Origin: Chloroflexota bacterium
GTDB taxonomy: Bacteria; Chloroflexota; Limnocylindria; Limnocylindrales; CSP1-4
Direction: 5' to 3'
NCBI GenBank assembly: GCA_044506615.1
Contig: JBIQKJ010000001.1
Location: 218,434 to 282,433 of the forward strand
Length of the DNA stretch: 64,000 bases
Under the pieces are notes generated by a model. It made no database searches and was not told where the DNA came from. It was given only the letters and a program-made list of their open reading frames with translations. Positions 58,742 through 64,000 of this stretch are shown here, piece by piece; within the stretch, counting starts at the first letter, position 1; each line of letters begins with the position of its first letter. The position numbers and the translations under genes were made by a program.

Positions 58742-58927
58742 GCATCACTGTGCGCCGATCCTGCCAGAGCGCGTGATTCGTGCGTCAAGCGCTCGATCAC
58801 GACGAAATTCGCGTTGACGAGCACGTCGGGGGTGTGAGACGATCCGTGCCCGTCGTCCCGCACCACGAAACGGTCGTCCCGCGTGCTGCACCGCGCGACC
58901 GCGACCGCGTCGTCCCACGGAGGACCC

Positions 58928-60292
58928 ATGACCGCCGAACCGTCGACCGCACCCCGCCTCCGCCGCGACCGGCAGCTCGAGCTCTACCGGCGAGCACTGC
59001 AGACGCTCCCCGGCGGCACCGATTCGAACTTCCGGGCCTGGGGCGAGGACACGGTCTACGTCGATCGCGGGCAGGGCGGCCTCGTCTGGGACGCCGACGG
59101 CAACGAGTTCGTCGACCTGCGGATGGGCTACGGCCCGGTGATCCTCGGGCATGGCGACGCGCGGGTCGACGACTACGTCAACGAGCGGATGCGCCGGGGC
59201 GTCTCGTTCTCGCTGACCTCCGAGGACGAGATCCAGGCGATGGAGCTCCTGCGCGAGCTCACCGGCTGGGTCGACATGGCTCGCATGACGGTATCCGGCA
59301 CCGAGGCCACGATGCACGCGATGCGCGTCGCTCGCGCGTACACCGGCCGCAACAAGATCGTGAAGTTCGAGGGGCAGTACCACGGCGTCCACGACTACGC
59401 GCTGATCAGCGTCGGGCCGGACGACATGAGCGAGCTCGGGCCCGAGGACAACCCGGTCCGGCTGACCTGGGGTCGCGGCATCCCCGAATCGGTCGCGGAC
59501 ACGATCATCCCCGCCCGGTACAACAACATCGAGTTCCTGCGCCGCCTGTTCGAGCGCGAGGGCGACGACATCGCGGCGATCATCGTCGAGCCGGTCCTCG
59601 GCAACGCCCAGGGAATCATGCCGAAGCCCGGCTTCCACCAGGCGATGCGGGCGCTCACCGAGGAGTTCGGCATCCTGCTGATCTTCGACGAGGTCAAGAC
59701 CGGCTTCCGCTTCGCGAAGGGCGGCGCCGCCGAGTACTTCGGGATCACCCCCGACCTCGCGACGTACGCGAAGGCGATGGGCAACGGCTACCCGGCCGCG
59801 GCGTTCGGCGGGCGCCGCGAGGTGATGAGCGTGCTCCCCGACAAGGTCAGCCACGGCGGCACCTACGCCGGGAACCGGGTCGCGGCGGCCGCGGCGGTCG
59901 CGACACTCGGGATCATCCGCGACACCGATGCGCTCGCCACGATCGAGGCGACCGGCCGGCGCATCCAGGACGGGCTGCGCGAGGTGCTCAACCCGGCCGG
60001 GCTGCCGTACCACTTCACCGGCCATCCATCGATGTTCGGGATCATGTTCCGGGAGGAGGAGGCGTCCGAGTACCGCGACTGGGCCGACACGGACCACGAG
60101 CTGTACGACGCGATCGCGATCGGGATGCAGGCTCGGGGCGCCATGCCCGAGCCGGATTCGCGTGAGCCGTGGTTCGTGTGCGAGGCGCACGCCCAGGGCG
60201 ACATCGTCGATCGCGTGGTGACGGCCTTCGCGGATTCGCTCGACGCGGCGCTCCAGGCCCGCGCACACGGCACGCTCGGCTCGGCCGAGTAG
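58928..60292 (+). CDS. Class III aminotransferase (GSA-aminomutase-like)
   Basis: SGTEATM, FEGQYHG, FDEVKTGFR, AKAMGNG and HGGTY motifs. Confidence 0.85.
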   Translation: MTAEPSTAPRLRRDRQLELYRRALQTLPGGTDSNFRAWGEDTVYVDRGQGGLVWDADGNEFVDLRMGYGPVILGHGDARVDDYVNERMRRGVSFSLTSEDEIQAMELLRELTGWVDMARMTVSGTEATMHAMRVARAYTGRNKIVKFEGQYHGVHDYALISVGPDDMSELGPEDNPVRLTWGRGIPESVADTIIPARYNNIEFLRRLFEREGDDIAAIIVEPVLGNAQGIMPKPGFHQAMRALTEEFGILLIFDEVKTGFRFAKGGAAEYFGITPDLATYAKAMGNGYPAAAFGGRREVMSVLPDKVSHGGTYAGNRVAAAAAVATLGIIRDTDALATIEATGRRIQDGLREVLNPAGLPYHFTGHPSMFGIMFREEEASEYRDWADTDHELYDAIAIGMQARGAMPEPDSREPWFVCEAHAQGDIVDRVVTAFADSLDAALQARAHGTLGSAE

Positions 60293-60309
60293 AGGAGGGG
60301 AGGGCGCCC

Positions 60310-61086
60310 GTGGTTCTCGACGGAAACGCGGTTCGCTCGGTCGATCGGGCGGCGGCGCTCCTGCTGGCGCTGGGGGAGAGTCAGGGCGAGGCCGGGGTGA
60401 CCGAGCTCGCCCGCCGGCTCGGGCTGCACAAGTCCACGGCCTCGCGGCTGCTGGCGACGCTCCAGAAGCGGGGTCTCGTCGAGCAGGACGACGAGACCGG
60501 CAAGTACCGGCTCGGGCTGGTCGTCATCCGGCTGGCCGAACGCGCCGAGCGGACGCTCGACCTGCGCGGCATCGCGATGCCGGAGCTCGAGCGGCTCGCC
60601 CGGCTCACGCACGAGACGACCGGGCTGGGCGTGCTCGACGGCGAGTCGCTGCTGACCGTCGCCCAGGCCGACGGCCCGAACCTGATCGCGGTAGGCGACT
60701 GGACCGGCCGGAGCGTCCCGCTCCACTGCGTCGCGTCCGGCAAGGTGCTGCTCGCCGCCCTCGCGGAGCGCGAGGTGCTGCGGATCGTCCGGCGCGGGCT
60801 CGTGACCTACACCGAGCGCACGATCGTCGAGCTCGAGCCGCTCCTCGAGGAGCTCGCCCGGATCCGGCGTCGCGGGTACGCGACGGCGATCGGCGAGTAC
60901 GAGATCGGGCTGAACGCGGTCGCGGCGCCGGTCCACGACGCGCGTGGCCAGGTCATCGCGGCCGTCGACATCTGGGGGCCCGCGTTCCGGCTCACGCCGC
61001 GGCGCATCCCGGAGCTGGCGGCCCAGGCGCGCGAGACCGCGGCTGCGATCTCGGTCCGTCTCGGCGGCCCGAACGGGGTGAACTGA
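60310..61086 (+). CDS. IclR family regulator
   Basis: HKSTASRLLATL HTH, PLHCVASGK and AVAAPV. Confidence 0.92.
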   Translation: MVLDGNAVRSVDRAAALLLALGESQGEAGVTELARRLGLHKSTASRLLATLQKRGLVEQDDETGKYRLGLVVIRLAERAERTLDLRGIAMPELERLARLTHETTGLGVLDGESLLTVAQADGPNLIAVGDWTGRSVPLHCVASGKVLLAALAEREVLRIVRRGLVTYTERTIVELEPLLEELARIRRRGYATAIGEYEIGLNAVAAPVHDARGQVIAAVDIWGPAFRLTPRRIPELAAQARETAAAISVRLGGPNGVN

Positions 61087-61108
61087 GCCGGAAGCGTTCC
61101 GCGGGGGA

Positions 61109-63712
<2,604 letters not shown>

Positions 63713-63831
63713 GGCCCTCTCCGGTCCGGTGCCTTGACGTTCCCGAAACGCCGGGGCCGCTATGGTACCGCCGCGTCCGCGCGAGGCAACGACCGGGTGC
63801 CGCGTGCCTGGACCGCGGAAGGAGCACTCAG

Positions 63832-64000
63832 ATGCCCGGACGGGATCTCGTCGTCGTGGGCGGATCAGCAGGCTCCATCGAGGCGCTGATCGCGTTCGTC
63901 GCGCAGCTCCCGCCGGATCTCGACGCTCCGGTGCTCGTCGTCGTGCATGTCTCACCCGACGCCCCGAGCCAGCTGCCGCGGATCCTCGCGCGGAACGGCC
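63832..64000 (+). CDS. CheB-type methylesterase (partial)
   Basis: MPGRDLVVVGGSAGSIEAL...VLVVVH. AAGGAG RBS; runs off the window. Confidence 0.8.
   Translation, partial: MPGRDLVVVGGSAGSIEALIAFVAQLPPDLDAPVLVVVHVSPDAPSQLPRILARNG

Noticed and set aside
58928-60292. hemL call
   Set aside because: Has GGTDSNFR rather than GGVNSPVR, and no tetrapyrrole genes are nearby.

Overview
Very GC-rich bacterial DNA; gene content and style suggest Chloroflexota (inference only). Layout: (1) surE (partial), an AI-2E transporter and trpS. (2) A ~23 kb catabolic island (about 2.8-25.8 kb) with an atypical inositol-like module (IolB, IolD-like ThDP enzyme, transaldolase-like protein, HAD phosphatase, GDPD, Gfo/Idh/MocA, TIM-barrel isomerase, ABC importer) and an aldarate-like module (two GalrD-II-like enolase-superfamily enzymes, DHDPS-family enzyme, aldehyde dehydrogenase, GntR). 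One 12-bp palindrome recurs at all three island promoter regions. (3) hom-thrC-thrB and lysC, separated by a 3-gene cassette bracketed by two inverted 113-bp repeats. (4) A birA-ECF sigma-acc/fab operon with a fused AccDA, a normal AccB and a second BCCP-like protein that lacks the biotinylation lysine (plant BADC-like). (5) A CstB-like protein, two diguanylate cyclases, PolX, a TPR/HIRAN-like protein, and a degenerate methyltransferase-nuclease fusion ending in a beta-clamp-type motif. (6) DUF885, an amine-catabolism trio, and CheB/CheR genes. I saw no tRNA, rRNA, CRISPR array or integrase. All family calls come from motif recognition, not database searches.
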